Assembly (NCBI GenBank): GCA_947084835.1
Contig: CAMTUB010000014.1
Location: 72,924 to 136,923, forward strand
Origin: an uncultured Bacteroidota bacterium
GTDB taxonomy: Bacteria > Bacteroidota > Bacteroidia > UBA7662 > CAMTUB01
DNA: 64,000 nt
Direction of reading: 5' to 3'
This document shows positions 1 through 8,951 of the stretch, piece by piece. Made by a program: the position numbers and the translations under genes. Under the pieces are notes generated by a model. It worked only from the letters and a program-made list of their open reading frames with translations, was not told the DNA's origin and ran no database searches. Every line of letters starts with the position of its first letter. Position 1 is the stretch's first letter.

Positions 1-341
1 GCATCATTTTCTAAAGCGAATATAAATGCATCAATTGGTTTTTTGGGAAGTTTGAGGTCGGTAGCTAATCCATTTCCAGAGCCTAATGGAATTATACCTA
101 ATTCAATATTTGTATTAATTAAAGCCTGTATTACTTCATTTATTGAACCATCACCACCAGCAATTATTATCTTAGAAACTCCATTATTAACAGCCTTTAA
201 TGCTATTTCTACGGCATGGTTTCTTTTTTCAGTTGTATGGATTTCGCAATAGCTAGCTGCATAGGCTATTAATTGCAGCCTTTTTTTAGTTTTTTTACTG
301 CCTCCAGAAATTGGATTGATGATTAACCAGGGCTTGCTCAT
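1..341 (-). CDS. Diacylglycerol-kinase-family lipid kinase (DgkB/YegS/BmrU-like), N-terminal part; gene runs off the window edge
   Basis: Not in the ORF track. Manual translation of 341..1 (minus) gives MSKPWLIINPISGGSKKTKKRLQL...KIIIAGGDGSINEVIQAL...GIIPLGSGNGLATDL, which carries DAGK_cat-type motifs. The ATG at 341..339 overlaps the TGA of the upstream gene (ATGA). Confidence 0.75.
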   Translation of the reverse strand, partial: MSKPWLIINPISGGSKKTKKRLQLIAYAASYCEIHTTEKRNHAVEIALKAVNNGVSKIIIAGGDGSINEVIQALINTNIELGIIPLGSGNGLATDLKLPKKPIDAFIFALEND

Positions 342-2197
342 TGCAGTTTATTGTTTAGCATCCGATTTGTAAACTCTTGGAAATAAGCTTTATATAATAA
401 AGTGTCAACGCTTTTTAAATCTGTTTCAATCATTGACGTATTTATGTTTGATATCGAAAAAGCACCTGACGTTGATATTTCAATAACTTTGTTTTGTGTT
501 ATTGCTTGAAAAGAGCCATTGTTTTTTTGAACTGCAAAATGATTTTTATTTTCAGAAAACAAGCTATTCCCGAAGCTTTTAATTTCTAATTTTGGATTTA
601 CCAGATTTACAATGGTTGGCAAAATGTCAATATGCTGAGCCACTTTTGAAATTATTACCGAAGTTTTTTGCTGTTTTGACCACATAAATAGAGGAACTTT
701 AAATAATCCAGATTTGGTTTGAAATTTCTCATCGTTGCTTTGAGATGTGTGGTCTGCAGTGAAAATGAAAATAGTATTGCTAAACCAACTTTCATTTTTT
801 GCACTTTCAAAAAAGGATTTTATTGCAAAATCGGTATATGAAATGCATTTATGAATGGGTAGTTCTCCCTCATTAAATTGATTTTTGAAATTTGAAGGAA
901 TTACAAAAGGGTGATGAGAGGACAATGTAAATATGCTAGAATAAAAGGGTTGACTTTTATTTGATAGCTCATCTTTAAAATATGTGAAGTATTTATGGTC
1001 CCAGATGCCCCAGCTTCCATCATAATCATCTTTTGAATTTGGAAATTGGTTTTTCCCGTAATAATTAGAAATACCCGCCTTTTGTATTATATTGTTCAGT
1101 TGCATGGTGCCATTCTCACCTCCGTGATAAAATGAGGTATTATATCCCTCTTTATTCAAAAAAGCACCCAAAGAAAATGTTTGGTTGGTTTGATAGGGCG
1201 AAAAAGCAAAAGATTCGCTCATAAGGGCCGGAATTCCTAAAAAAATAGAAGTAATGCCATCAACCGAAGTGCGTCCATTGGCATAAGCGTTATCAAAAAA
1301 TATACCCTTCTGCATCAAGCTATCTAAAAAGGGCATATATGACTTTTTGATTGGGTTATAAACAGCAGAATATTCAGCACCAAAACTTTCAAGAACAATT
1401 ACAACAATATTGGGCTTGGTTAAATGGCTGAAAGGAGTAGGGTGATTAACGGTTTTATTAAATTTAAAATTGTCATTTATTTCTTTTTCAGAGATCCATT
1501 CAATTTTTTCAATGCTTGGGCGGGTTGCAGTTATGATAAAATTGAATGGTGTGTTTATTACTAAATTCGAAGCTTGAGTGCCATTAAATTCATTAGCGTT
1601 AATAAGGTCAAGTGGTCTTAATTGGAGACCACCACGAATCCCTAATGCAGACAAACCTGCTATAAATATCAAAGAAAAAAAAGATTGGAATAATGTTGAT
1701 GTCTCTGTTAAATATTTAGTTTCTAAGTGTTTAAATAACTTGATGAAAGACCAACAAGAAAATGCCCAAAGTATGAATAAGTACCAATAGTCGATAAAAA
1801 ACTGAGGTAATAGGCGAACTGTATCCGATTTTATAGCTAATAAATCGTAGCCCGAATGTTTTAAAGTAAAAGGGAAGTATGCTAAATCAGCAGCCATCAA
1901 ACCTAAAGCAACAGAGTTTAGAACTACATAAATAGCTATGAGTATCTTTTTTACATGTTTGAAATTATTCCAATTAAATATAAAAAACAGCAAAAAAACA
2001 CCATTTAACATAGTTAACGCGCTAATATCAAACCTTAAACCATGTATAAATGCAATAATTAAGGATCGAAACGGAATGCCTTTTAGAAATGAAAAATTAA
2101 ACAGATAAAATAAAATTCGATAAAAAGCATAAATCCCTAATAATGGAAGAAAGTAAACTAGGATTGCCTGAAATACTTTTTTGAAAACTTTTTGCAT
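338..2197 (-). CDS. LTA synthase family / sulfatase-type phosphoglycerol transferase membrane protein
   Basis: 619 aa. N-terminal multi-TM block, then an alkaline-phosphatase/sulfatase-like domain (VVIVLESFGAEYS ... IFIFTADHTS). Confidence 0.8.
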   Translation of the reverse strand: MQKVFKKVFQAILVYFLPLLGIYAFYRILFYLFNFSFLKGIPFRSLIIAFIHGLRFDISALTMLNGVFLLFFIFNWNNFKHVKKILIAIYVVLNSVALGLMAADLAYFPFTLKHSGYDLLAIKSDTVRLLPQFFIDYWYLFILWAFSCWSFIKLFKHLETKYLTETSTLFQSFFSLIFIAGLSALGIRGGLQLRPLDLINANEFNGTQASNLVINTPFNFIITATRPSIEKIEWISEKEINDNFKFNKTVNHPTPFSHLTKPNIVVIVLESFGAEYSAVYNPIKKSYMPFLDSLMQKGIFFDNAYANGRTSVDGITSIFLGIPALMSESFAFSPYQTNQTFSLGAFLNKEGYNTSFYHGGENGTMQLNNIIQKAGISNYYGKNQFPNSKDDYDGSWGIWDHKYFTYFKDELSNKSQPFYSSIFTLSSHHPFVIPSNFKNQFNEGELPIHKCISYTDFAIKSFFESAKNESWFSNTIFIFTADHTSQSNDEKFQTKSGLFKVPLFMWSKQQKTSVIISKVAQHIDILPTIVNLVNPKLEIKSFGNSLFSENKNHFAVQKNNGSFQAITQNKVIEISTSGAFSISNINTSMIETDLKSVDTLLYKAYFQEFTNRMLNNKLQ

Positions 2198-2258
2198 TCA
2201 ATGCAAAGTTAATTGACAATTTAAAAAACTTGTAAATTACATTAGTTTGAAATTTTAT

Positions 2259-2594
2259 ATGGAATTAGAAGAAGTTAGAGAGTATTGTTTAAGCAAGGAA
2301 GATGTAACTGAAACTCTTCCTTTTGGTGTAGATACGTTAGTTTTTAAGGTGACTAATAAAATGTTTTGTTTGGTTTCAATAACCGAAGCATCGTTTATTA
2401 ACTTAAAATGCAACCCTGAAAAGGCTATTGAATTGAGAGAATTGTACCCTGATGAAATTAAGCCAGGGTATCATATGAGCAAGGTTCATTGGAATTCTGT
2501 TACTATAAACGGAAAATTATCAGAACAATTTATTGAAAATTTGATAGATCATTCTTATGACTTAGTTAAAGTTTTACCCAAAAAAGTAAAATAG
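2259..2594 (+). CDS. MmcQ/YjbR family DNA-binding protein
   Basis: The ORF opens at TTG 2247; the first ATG is at 2259. YjbR-like pattern: PFGVDTLVFKV.NKMFCL ... YHMSKVHWNSV ... SYDLV. Confidence 0.7.
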   Translation: MELEEVREYCLSKEDVTETLPFGVDTLVFKVTNKMFCLVSITEASFINLKCNPEKAIELRELYPDEIKPGYHMSKVHWNSVTINGKLSEQFIENLIDHSYDLVKVLPKKVK

Positions 2595-2643
2595 TTGAAT
2601 AACATTTGGTTAGAAAATCCGTTAAAATTCTTTATTTTTAAAA

Positions 2644-3222
2644 GTGAAAAATTCAATTTCTACACCAAATTTTACTTTATCAGACATTAATCCAACTTTG
2701 GTGAATGTATCTGCGCTTAAAAGATCAAAATCTTATAAGTTGTTGTATGAAAACTGGGTTGAAGAGTTTGAATATAAAGATGCAATAAATTATGTTAAAA
2801 CTATCTACGAAGAAACGTTTATCAGTGATACTTTAAGAATTAAACATTTGGTATTAAATGAACATGAAAACAAGTTAAGGGCAGATATGAGCAGTGTTTT
2901 AAACACTCAAAGCGGAAAATATTTTATTGATTTTATCAAAAATAAATTTATTCAATCGGGTTTGATAGAGTTTAAATCAACCCTAATAACTACTAGGATC
3001 AACGAAGAATACACATTAACTATTCAAAAATACATTTTGAATACGAAAAGCAATTTTCTAAATAAAATTTTCTTTAAGGATAAAAGGGACTCTGTTGTAC
3101 TTGAGTTGAAAAGTATTGAAAATAGAGTGTTGTTTATTTTAAAGCACTATCCACATCCACAAAAGGAAAGGAATCATTTTAATAATTTTGAAACAATTCT
3201 TGAATTTTTAGTTACTGATTAA
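2644..3222 (+). CDS. Hypothetical protein with no recognisable domain
   Basis: 192-aa ORF with a GTG start and no ATG near the 5' end. AT-rich. Its stop overlaps the stop of the convergent ABC gene (TTAA). Confidence 0.4.
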   Translation: MKNSISTPNFTLSDINPTLVNVSALKRSKSYKLLYENWVEEFEYKDAINYVKTIYEETFISDTLRIKHLVLNEHENKLRADMSSVLNTQSGKYFIDFIKNKFIQSGLIEFKSTLITTRINEEYTLTIQKYILNTKSNFLNKIFFKDKRDSVVLELKSIENRVLFILKHYPHPQKERNHFNNFETILEFLVTD

Positions 3223-5045
3223 ATGTCAAAAATGATATCTGTTTGCAACATTTTAAGTGATCGATATCGGCCATTATCGAGCAACATCAACTCATCGTGC
3301 GTTCCAAATTCGGATATTTCACCCTTCTCAACCACAGCAATATAGTCAGCACTTCTTATTGTTGACAGTCTATGGGCAATAATTAAACTAGTTCTACCGG
3401 TCATTAAATTGTTTAGCGCCATTTGTACTAATTGCTCAGATTCTGAATCCAATGAACTTGTTGCCTCATCTAAAACTAATATGGATGGGTTTTTTAAAAT
3501 AGCTCTAGCAATTGCAATCCGTTGGCGCTGACCGCCTGATAATTTTATGCCCCTTTCTCCAACTAGTGTTTCGAATTTTTCTGGAAAAGAGTTTATAAAA
3601 CCTAATGCATGTGCTTTTTCAGCGGCTAATTCTACCTCAGGTCTAGTTGCATTTACATTTCCATAGGCAATATTATCGTAAATAGAACCACCAAATAAGG
3701 TAACATCTTGTGGTACTATGCCAATGTTTTTGCGCAATTCAGTTAATGAAATATCGTTAACGTTTTTATCATCGATTAAAATTTTACCTGAATCTACATC
3801 ATAAAATCGCATTAAAAGCGAAACCAAGGTAGACTTACCAGCACCGCTTTCACCCACAATTGCAAGTTTTTTACCTGGATCAATTTTAAAGTTTAAGTTT
3901 GATAAAACCTGAATATCTTTTCTAGCTGGATACGAAAATGAAACATTATTAAAGCTAACCTTTCCGCTTAAAGAATGACTTAAGGTTGTTGGATTGAATG
4001 AAATCTCTTCAGATTCTTCATTCATAATATCAAAAATACGTTGTGTTGCCCCTAGTGCTTTCTGAACTTGTGAATATAACTCTGCAAAGCTCCCCATTGC
4101 AGCGCCAACAAACGTTGAGTAGAGCACAAAACTGGTAAGTGAACCTATGGTCATAGTACCTTCGCCTACCATTTTTGAGCCATACCAAATTACAGCAACA
4201 ATGCTACCGAATAAGCAAAAAATGATAAATGATGCAAAAAAACCACGAAGTTTAGCTCCTTTGAGTGCCATTTTCACTACTTCGTTCATGGATTTTGTAT
4301 ACCTATTTACTTCATATCCTTCGTTGGTATAAGCTTTTACGCTTTGTATAGCCTGCAAGGTTTCTTCAACCACAACATTAGTCTCTGCTAATTTATCTTG
4401 TGCGTTTCTAGCCACATTGCGTATCATTCTGCCTAATACTACTGCCGTAACAATTATAATTGGCAAAATAGAAAGCATAAATAGGGTAAGTTTTCCTGAG
4501 GTAAAACTCAATAATGCAATGCCTCCTGATAAAACCACAACTTGACGAATCAGTTCTGCAATTGTAGTTGTTAATGTATCTTGAATCTGTGCTAGATCTG
4601 CTGAAATTCTGCTTTGAATTTCTCCAACCCTAGAATTCGCAAAAAATGACATCGGTAAGTGGATGATTTTTTTATAAGTGTCTTTTCGTAAATCAGCTAA
4701 AGATTTCTCTCCCACATTCACAAAAAGATAAATTCTAAAAAAAGAAATAACTGATTGAAACGTTAATATACCCAATAGGAGTAGGGCAACTGTATTGATA
4801 TCGTTTAAATAGGATATTTCTGATTTTCCACTTGAAGCGTCAATCAATTTCCCCATTAAAAATGGAAATCCCAAAGATAGCAAACTGCCTATAAATAATA
4901 AAAAAAGCCCAATATAAAACGAAGATTTATAAGGCTTTAAGTATTTGAATAATTGAAAAGTAAGTCTGAGAGAGTCTTTGGAGATTTTAACTTTTGGCAG
5001 GTCGTTTCCTAAACTGCCACCACTATTAAAATTTCTTCTTGCCAT
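3219..5045 (-). CDS. ABC transporter, fused permease/ATP-binding (MsbA-like exporter)
   Basis: 608 aa. Six-TM ABC_membrane region, Walker A GESGAGKST, signature LSGGQRQR, Walker B ILVLDEATS. Confidence 0.9.
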   Translation of the reverse strand: MARRNFNSGGSLGNDLPKVKISKDSLRLTFQLFKYLKPYKSSFYIGLFLLFIGSLLSLGFPFLMGKLIDASSGKSEISYLNDINTVALLLLGILTFQSVISFFRIYLFVNVGEKSLADLRKDTYKKIIHLPMSFFANSRVGEIQSRISADLAQIQDTLTTTIAELIRQVVVLSGGIALLSFTSGKLTLFMLSILPIIIVTAVVLGRMIRNVARNAQDKLAETNVVVEETLQAIQSVKAYTNEGYEVNRYTKSMNEVVKMALKGAKLRGFFASFIIFCLFGSIVAVIWYGSKMVGEGTMTIGSLTSFVLYSTFVGAAMGSFAELYSQVQKALGATQRIFDIMNEESEEISFNPTTLSHSLSGKVSFNNVSFSYPARKDIQVLSNLNFKIDPGKKLAIVGESGAGKSTLVSLLMRFYDVDSGKILIDDKNVNDISLTELRKNIGIVPQDVTLFGGSIYDNIAYGNVNATRPEVELAAEKAHALGFINSFPEKFETLVGERGIKLSGGQRQRIAIARAILKNPSILVLDEATSSLDSESEQLVQMALNNLMTGRTSLIIAHRLSTIRSADYIAVVEKGEISEFGTHDELMLLDNGRYRSLKMLQTDIIFDI

Positions 5046-5065
5046 AAGAAAATTGCATAAAAATA

Positions 5066-5164
5066 GGGTAAGCTACTTACATCGCACCGCTCAACCACCT
5101 ACCCTTGCTATGTTCCCATCCTGGGGGATTCAGTAGGAGCTGGTCGTATAAGACTTACCCCAGC
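5066..5164 (-). ncRNA. ffs: Signal recognition particle RNA (small bacterial 4.5S-type)
   Basis: GC-rich island in an intergenic gap. The minus strand reads GCUGGGGUAAG...CCCAGGAUGGGAACAUAGCAAGGGUAGG...GGUGCGAUGUAAGUAGCUUACCC. This matches the conserved domain IV pattern CAGG-stem-GGAA tetraloop-stem-AGCA, and the terminal helix GGGGUAAG/CUUACCC closes the molecule. Confidence 0.85.
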
Positions 5165-5235
5165 ACAAAAGTAGTGATTTTATCGATAACATGAATAGTT
5201 TAGTTTATTTTCGCATCAATAAAAGCACTTTTTTG

Positions 5236-6864
5236 ATGGATATTGAATTTAATAAAAACGAAGATGAGTTTAAATTATTGATTTCCAAGTACAAACAGTT
5301 GATGACCGTAATAAAAAAAGGCGGTGGCGAAAAAGCTATTGAAAAACATCATCAAAAAGGAAAGTTAACTGCTCGCGAACGTATCGAATATCTAATTGAC
5401 GATAAAAAACCATGCTTAGAAATAGGCATTTTTGCTGGGGACGATATGTATGCCGAATATGGTGGCTGTCCTTCAGGCGGGGTTGTGGTTATGTTAGCTT
5501 ATGTTAGTGGGCGTCAATGCCTAATCGTTGCAAATGATGCTACAGTAAAAGCAGGTGCTTGGTTTCCTATTACTGGAAAAAAGAATTTAAGAGCTCAAGA
5601 AATAGCAATTGAAAATAGATTACCAATTATTTATTTAGTTGATAGTGCGGGTGTTTTTTTACCCATGCAAGATGAAATCTTCCCAGACAAAGAACATTTC
5701 GGTAGGATTTTCAGAAACAACGCAATTATGTCGGGCGAAGGCATAATTCAGGTATCTGCTGTCATGGGTAGTTGTGTTGCTGGCGGAGCCTATCTTCCAA
5801 TCATGTCGGATGAAGCAATGATAGTTGATGAAACTGGCTCAATATTTTTAGCAGGCTCTTATTTAGTGAAAGCAGCAATTGGCGAAACTATTGATAACGA
5901 AACCTTAGGTGGGTCAGTTACCCATTCTCAGATTTCTGGAGTTACGGATTATCAAATGCCAGATGATAAAACGTGTTTAGATGCTATAAAAAAGATATTT
6001 TCTACCATTGGTAGTCCCGAAAATGCTGGATTTGATCGTATTAATGCAAGTTCTCCAAAATTGGATGTGAATGAAATTTATGGCATTGTTCCTGTAGATT
6101 CCTCAAAACAGTACGATATGATGGAAGTTATCAACCGTGTGGTTGATGATTCAGAATTTTTAGAATACAAAGCCGGTTATGGAAAATCCATCCTCTGTGG
6201 ATATGCACGAATAGATGGTTGGGCAGTTGGTATTGTTGCCAATCAAAGAAAAGTAGTAAAATCGGCTAGAGGAGAAATGCAATTTGGCGGTGTAATATAT
6301 TCAGATTCTGCTGATAAGGCTGCTAGGTTTATAATGAATTGCAATCAGAAAAAAATTCCGTTAGTTTTTTTACAAGATGTTACCGGTTTTATGGTAGGTT
6401 CTCGTTCTGAGCATGGAGGAATAATAAAAGATGGTGCAAAGTTTGTGAATGCACAAGCCAATTCTGTAGTGCCTAAGTTTACTATTGTAATTGGAAATTC
6501 GTACGGTGCTGGTAATTACGCTATGTGTGGAAAAGCATATGATCCACGTTTAATTGTAGCTTGGCCTACGGCAAAAATGGCAGTAATGGGTGGCGAACAA
6601 GCTGCAAAAGTATTACTACAGATTCAGGTAAGCTCTTTAAAAGCAAAGGGAAAAGTAATTACACCTGAAGATGAATTTGAGTTGTTAAGAACAATTACAG
6701 ATAAATACACAGCACAAACCAAGCCCGAATATGCTGCAGCAAGACTTTGGGTTGATGCAATAATTGAGCCTACAGAAACCAGAACATGGATTTCAGAAGG
6801 CATTAAAGCTGCAAATCAATCACCAATAAAAAAGAGATATAACGTTGGAGCAATTCAGGTTTAG
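5236..6864 (+). CDS. Acyl-CoA carboxylase carboxyltransferase (beta) subunit, methylcrotonyl-CoA carboxylase-like
   Basis: The ORF runs from 5191, but ATG 5236 gives the typical ~542-aa length. Carboxyl_trans features: GKLTARERIEYLID, VANDATVKAGAW, NSYGAGNYAMCG. Confidence 0.85.
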   Translation: MDIEFNKNEDEFKLLISKYKQLMTVIKKGGGEKAIEKHHQKGKLTARERIEYLIDDKKPCLEIGIFAGDDMYAEYGGCPSGGVVVMLAYVSGRQCLIVANDATVKAGAWFPITGKKNLRAQEIAIENRLPIIYLVDSAGVFLPMQDEIFPDKEHFGRIFRNNAIMSGEGIIQVSAVMGSCVAGGAYLPIMSDEAMIVDETGSIFLAGSYLVKAAIGETIDNETLGGSVTHSQISGVTDYQMPDDKTCLDAIKKIFSTIGSPENAGFDRINASSPKLDVNEIYGIVPVDSSKQYDMMEVINRVVDDSEFLEYKAGYGKSILCGYARIDGWAVGIVANQRKVVKSARGEMQFGGVIYSDSADKAARFIMNCNQKKIPLVFLQDVTGFMVGSRSEHGGIIKDGAKFVNAQANSVVPKFTIVIGNSYGAGNYAMCGKAYDPRLIVAWPTAKMAVMGGEQAAKVLLQIQVSSLKAKGKVITPEDEFELLRTITDKYTAQTKPEYAAARLWVDAIIEPTETRTWISEGIKAANQSPIKKRYNVGAIQV

Positions 6865-6865
6865 C

Positions 6866-7129
6866 TTATCTGAACCTGAAAACGTCCAATACTATTTCTT
6901 TGTATTGTTCGCCAAAAGTGTACAAACACCAAATGAAAAGTAGGGCTTTTTCTCTTTTAGAAATATGATTGATGCTTTTTTGAAGTTCTTTACGAAAAAG
7001 ATCTTTGTCGAAACTTACTTTTACTAAAATATTTTTTGCAAAATCAAACATGGGCTTCATCGAAACTACTTTAGCATTAGTAACGTTTAGAGTTAAGTCT
7101 TGTTGTGCTTCTATAAGTATTTTTTCCAT
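6866..7129 (-). CDS. Hypothetical small protein (doubtful)
   Basis: The ORF extends to 7198, but that would overlap the start of the divergent thioredoxin-fold gene; an internal ATG lies at 7129. Helical-looking sequence with no motif recognised. Confidence 0.3.
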   Translation of the reverse strand: MEKILIEAQQDLTLNVTNAKVVSMKPMFDFAKNILVKVSFDKDLFRKELQKSINHISKREKALLFIWCLYTFGEQYKEIVLDVFRFR

Positions 7130-7154
7130 ATCGTTTAAACCGCAGATTGAATTT

Positions 7155-7718
7155 ATGAAACAGTTTTCAACTTTTAAAATTAAATTTTCATCAAACATAA
7201 ATTTGGCAATAATTATTTTAATTTTTATTGCAAATTATTCAATTGGGCAGGAGGTAAAATCATCCTGGAAGGGATGGCAAGAAGGTGTTATTTTTAATGA
7301 TAGTGTACATAGGCCTGTACTAATTGACGTTTATACTGATTGGTGTGGTTGGTGTAAGCGAATGGATGCTACAACTTTTTCTGATCCAAAAATTGTAGAA
7401 TTATTGAATAATAAATTTACCTGTATAAAGCTTAATGCAGAAGAGAGAAGAGATTATTCGTTTAGAGATAAAGTTTTTAAATATAACACAGAAGCAAAAA
7501 CCAATGAATTGGCTTTATCGCTCCTGAGTAACAAAATATCTTATCCGTCTTTTGTTTTTCTGGCACCAGATTATGGCATGATTACGGTAATTCAAGGATA
7601 TAACAGCACGGAGGACTTTTTGCCAATTTTGAATTATATTTCAGAAGAAACTTACAAGACATTAACCTGGGAAAAGTATTTAGAGAATTATAAGGCAAAA
7701 AAAACTAAAACTAAATAA
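7155..7718 (+). CDS. Thioredoxin-fold protein (DUF255/thioredoxin_7-like), secreted
   Basis: The track ORF starts at 7005, but ATG 7155 gives a signal-anchor (MKQFSTFKIKFSSNINLAIIILIFIANYSIGQ) followed by VYTDWCGWCKRMD (a CxxC motif). Confidence 0.7.
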   Translation: MKQFSTFKIKFSSNINLAIIILIFIANYSIGQEVKSSWKGWQEGVIFNDSVHRPVLIDVYTDWCGWCKRMDATTFSDPKIVELLNNKFTCIKLNAEERRDYSFRDKVFKYNTEAKTNELALSLLSNKISYPSFVFLAPDYGMITVIQGYNSTEDFLPILNYISEETYKTLTWEKYLENYKAKKTKTK

Positions 7719-7735
7719 GTATAGCTAGTAATTTC

Positions 7736-8260
7736 ATGTTGTTTGGGGACTCTTATATTAAGAAAGCAGAAATATCAGAATGCAAGAACTATAGGTATAG
7801 TTTAACTCGAATTTGGGACGAAACTAAGCCTAAGGTTTTGTTTATAATGTTAAATCCATCTACTGCAGATCATGAAATCGATGATCCAACCATAAAAAGA
7901 TGCATACGTTTTGCTAATTCTTGGAATTTTGGTGGATTATATGTTGGAAATCTATTGCCATATCGAGCTACAAATCCAAAGGAGTTGCTATCTGCTGAAA
8001 ATCCAATGGGTTTTTTAAACAATATCTATTTGGCAAATTTAGGTGCGAAGTCTGATCTTGTTGTATGTGCTTGGGGAAATGCGCCAATCCTGGAAATTCT
8101 AAAAAAGAAATTTGACTTTTTTTCAGCATTTCAGAAAATAGACAAGGAATTGCATTGTATTCAAGTTTCAACAAATGGAACTCCCAAACATCCATTGTAC
8201 TTGAAAGGGGATAGTACTCCAAAGATTATGGAAAAGTTGGAATTCCTTAATCGAAATTAA
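7736..8260 (+). CDS. DUF1643 domain-containing protein
   Basis: 174 aa. YRYSLTRIWDE...LFIMLNPSTAD...DPTIKRCIRFA...GGLYVGNL...PKHPLYL matches my memory of the DUF1643 pattern. Confidence 0.65.
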   Translation: MLFGDSYIKKAEISECKNYRYSLTRIWDETKPKVLFIMLNPSTADHEIDDPTIKRCIRFANSWNFGGLYVGNLLPYRATNPKELLSAENPMGFLNNIYLANLGAKSDLVVCAWGNAPILEILKKKFDFFSAFQKIDKELHCIQVSTNGTPKHPLYLKGDSTPKIMEKLEFLNRN

Positions 8261-8942
8261 TAGCGGTTTTACCTAATCGATTCATGTTTCGAACAATCCA
8301 AGATTGCTTTTTTCGGATATAGGGTCCCGGTTTTTTAACCGAGTAAATAAGTGGCCCAGGAACCACAGCAGCTAAAAGTGCAGCTTCTTCTTTTGAAAGT
8401 TCATCGGCATTTTTCTTGAAATATTGTTGGGATGCTTTTTCAGCCCCATAAATACCATCGCCCCATTCAATTACATTCAAATACACTTCTAAAATTCTTT
8501 CTTTAGACCAAAATAACTCTATCAGAAATGTAAACCAGGTTTCCAGAGCCTTTCGAGTATAACTTCGGCTTGGCCAAAGAAATAAGTTTTTGGCTAATTG
8601 TTGCGAAATAGTACTGCCGCCCTTTAATTTTTTGTTTTTCTGATTGTTTGAAAATGCTTTCATCATGGCTTCAAAATCGAAGCCATGATGATACTTAAAT
8701 CGTTGATCTTCAGAAGTAACGATTGCAAGTTTAAGATTTTTACTAATTTTTTTATAACTAACCCAGTCTTTTTTTAATTTTATAGACCTATTCTTATCGA
8801 ACGTTTGCTCAAAACATCGGATAATCATTAAAGGTGTAAAAGGAGGGGGGACAAAACGATATATAATTACCGTAGCAATTGATGTTATTGTAAACCATTT
8901 TACTATTCTAAAAAACAGTTTTTTAACAATATTTAGCATCAT
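8247..8942 (-). CDS. mtgA: Monofunctional biosynthetic peptidoglycan transglycosylase
   Basis: GT51 motifs: TSEDQRFKYHHGFD and GGSTISQQLAKNLFLW. The track start (8960) lies inside a terminator stem, so ATG 8942 (MMLNIVKK...) is preferred. Confidence 0.85.
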   Translation of the reverse strand: MMLNIVKKLFFRIVKWFTITSIATVIIYRFVPPPFTPLMIIRCFEQTFDKNRSIKLKKDWVSYKKISKNLKLAIVTSEDQRFKYHHGFDFEAMMKAFSNNQKNKKLKGGSTISQQLAKNLFLWPSRSYTRKALETWFTFLIELFWSKERILEVYLNVIEWGDGIYGAEKASQQYFKKNADELSKEEAALLAAVVPGPLIYSVKKPGPYIRKKQSWIVRNMNRLGKTAINFD

Positions 8943-8951
8943 AAAATGAAA

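Noticed and set aside
43-252. 69-aa plus-strand ORF at the window start
   Set aside because: It lies antisense to a convincing DAGK_cat-type lipid kinase reading frame (341..1, minus) and has low-complexity, non-protein-like composition.
6854-6880. 8-bp inverted repeat spanning the carboxyltransferase stop codon, considered as a terminator
   Set aside because: There is no U-tract on either strand and the loop is 11 nt, so the evidence is too weak to call a terminator.
7005-7154. 50-aa N-terminal extension of the thioredoxin-fold ORF
   Set aside because: The extension lacks a signal peptide and overlaps the divergent ORF. ATG 7155 gives a proper signal-anchor directly before the WCGWC domain.
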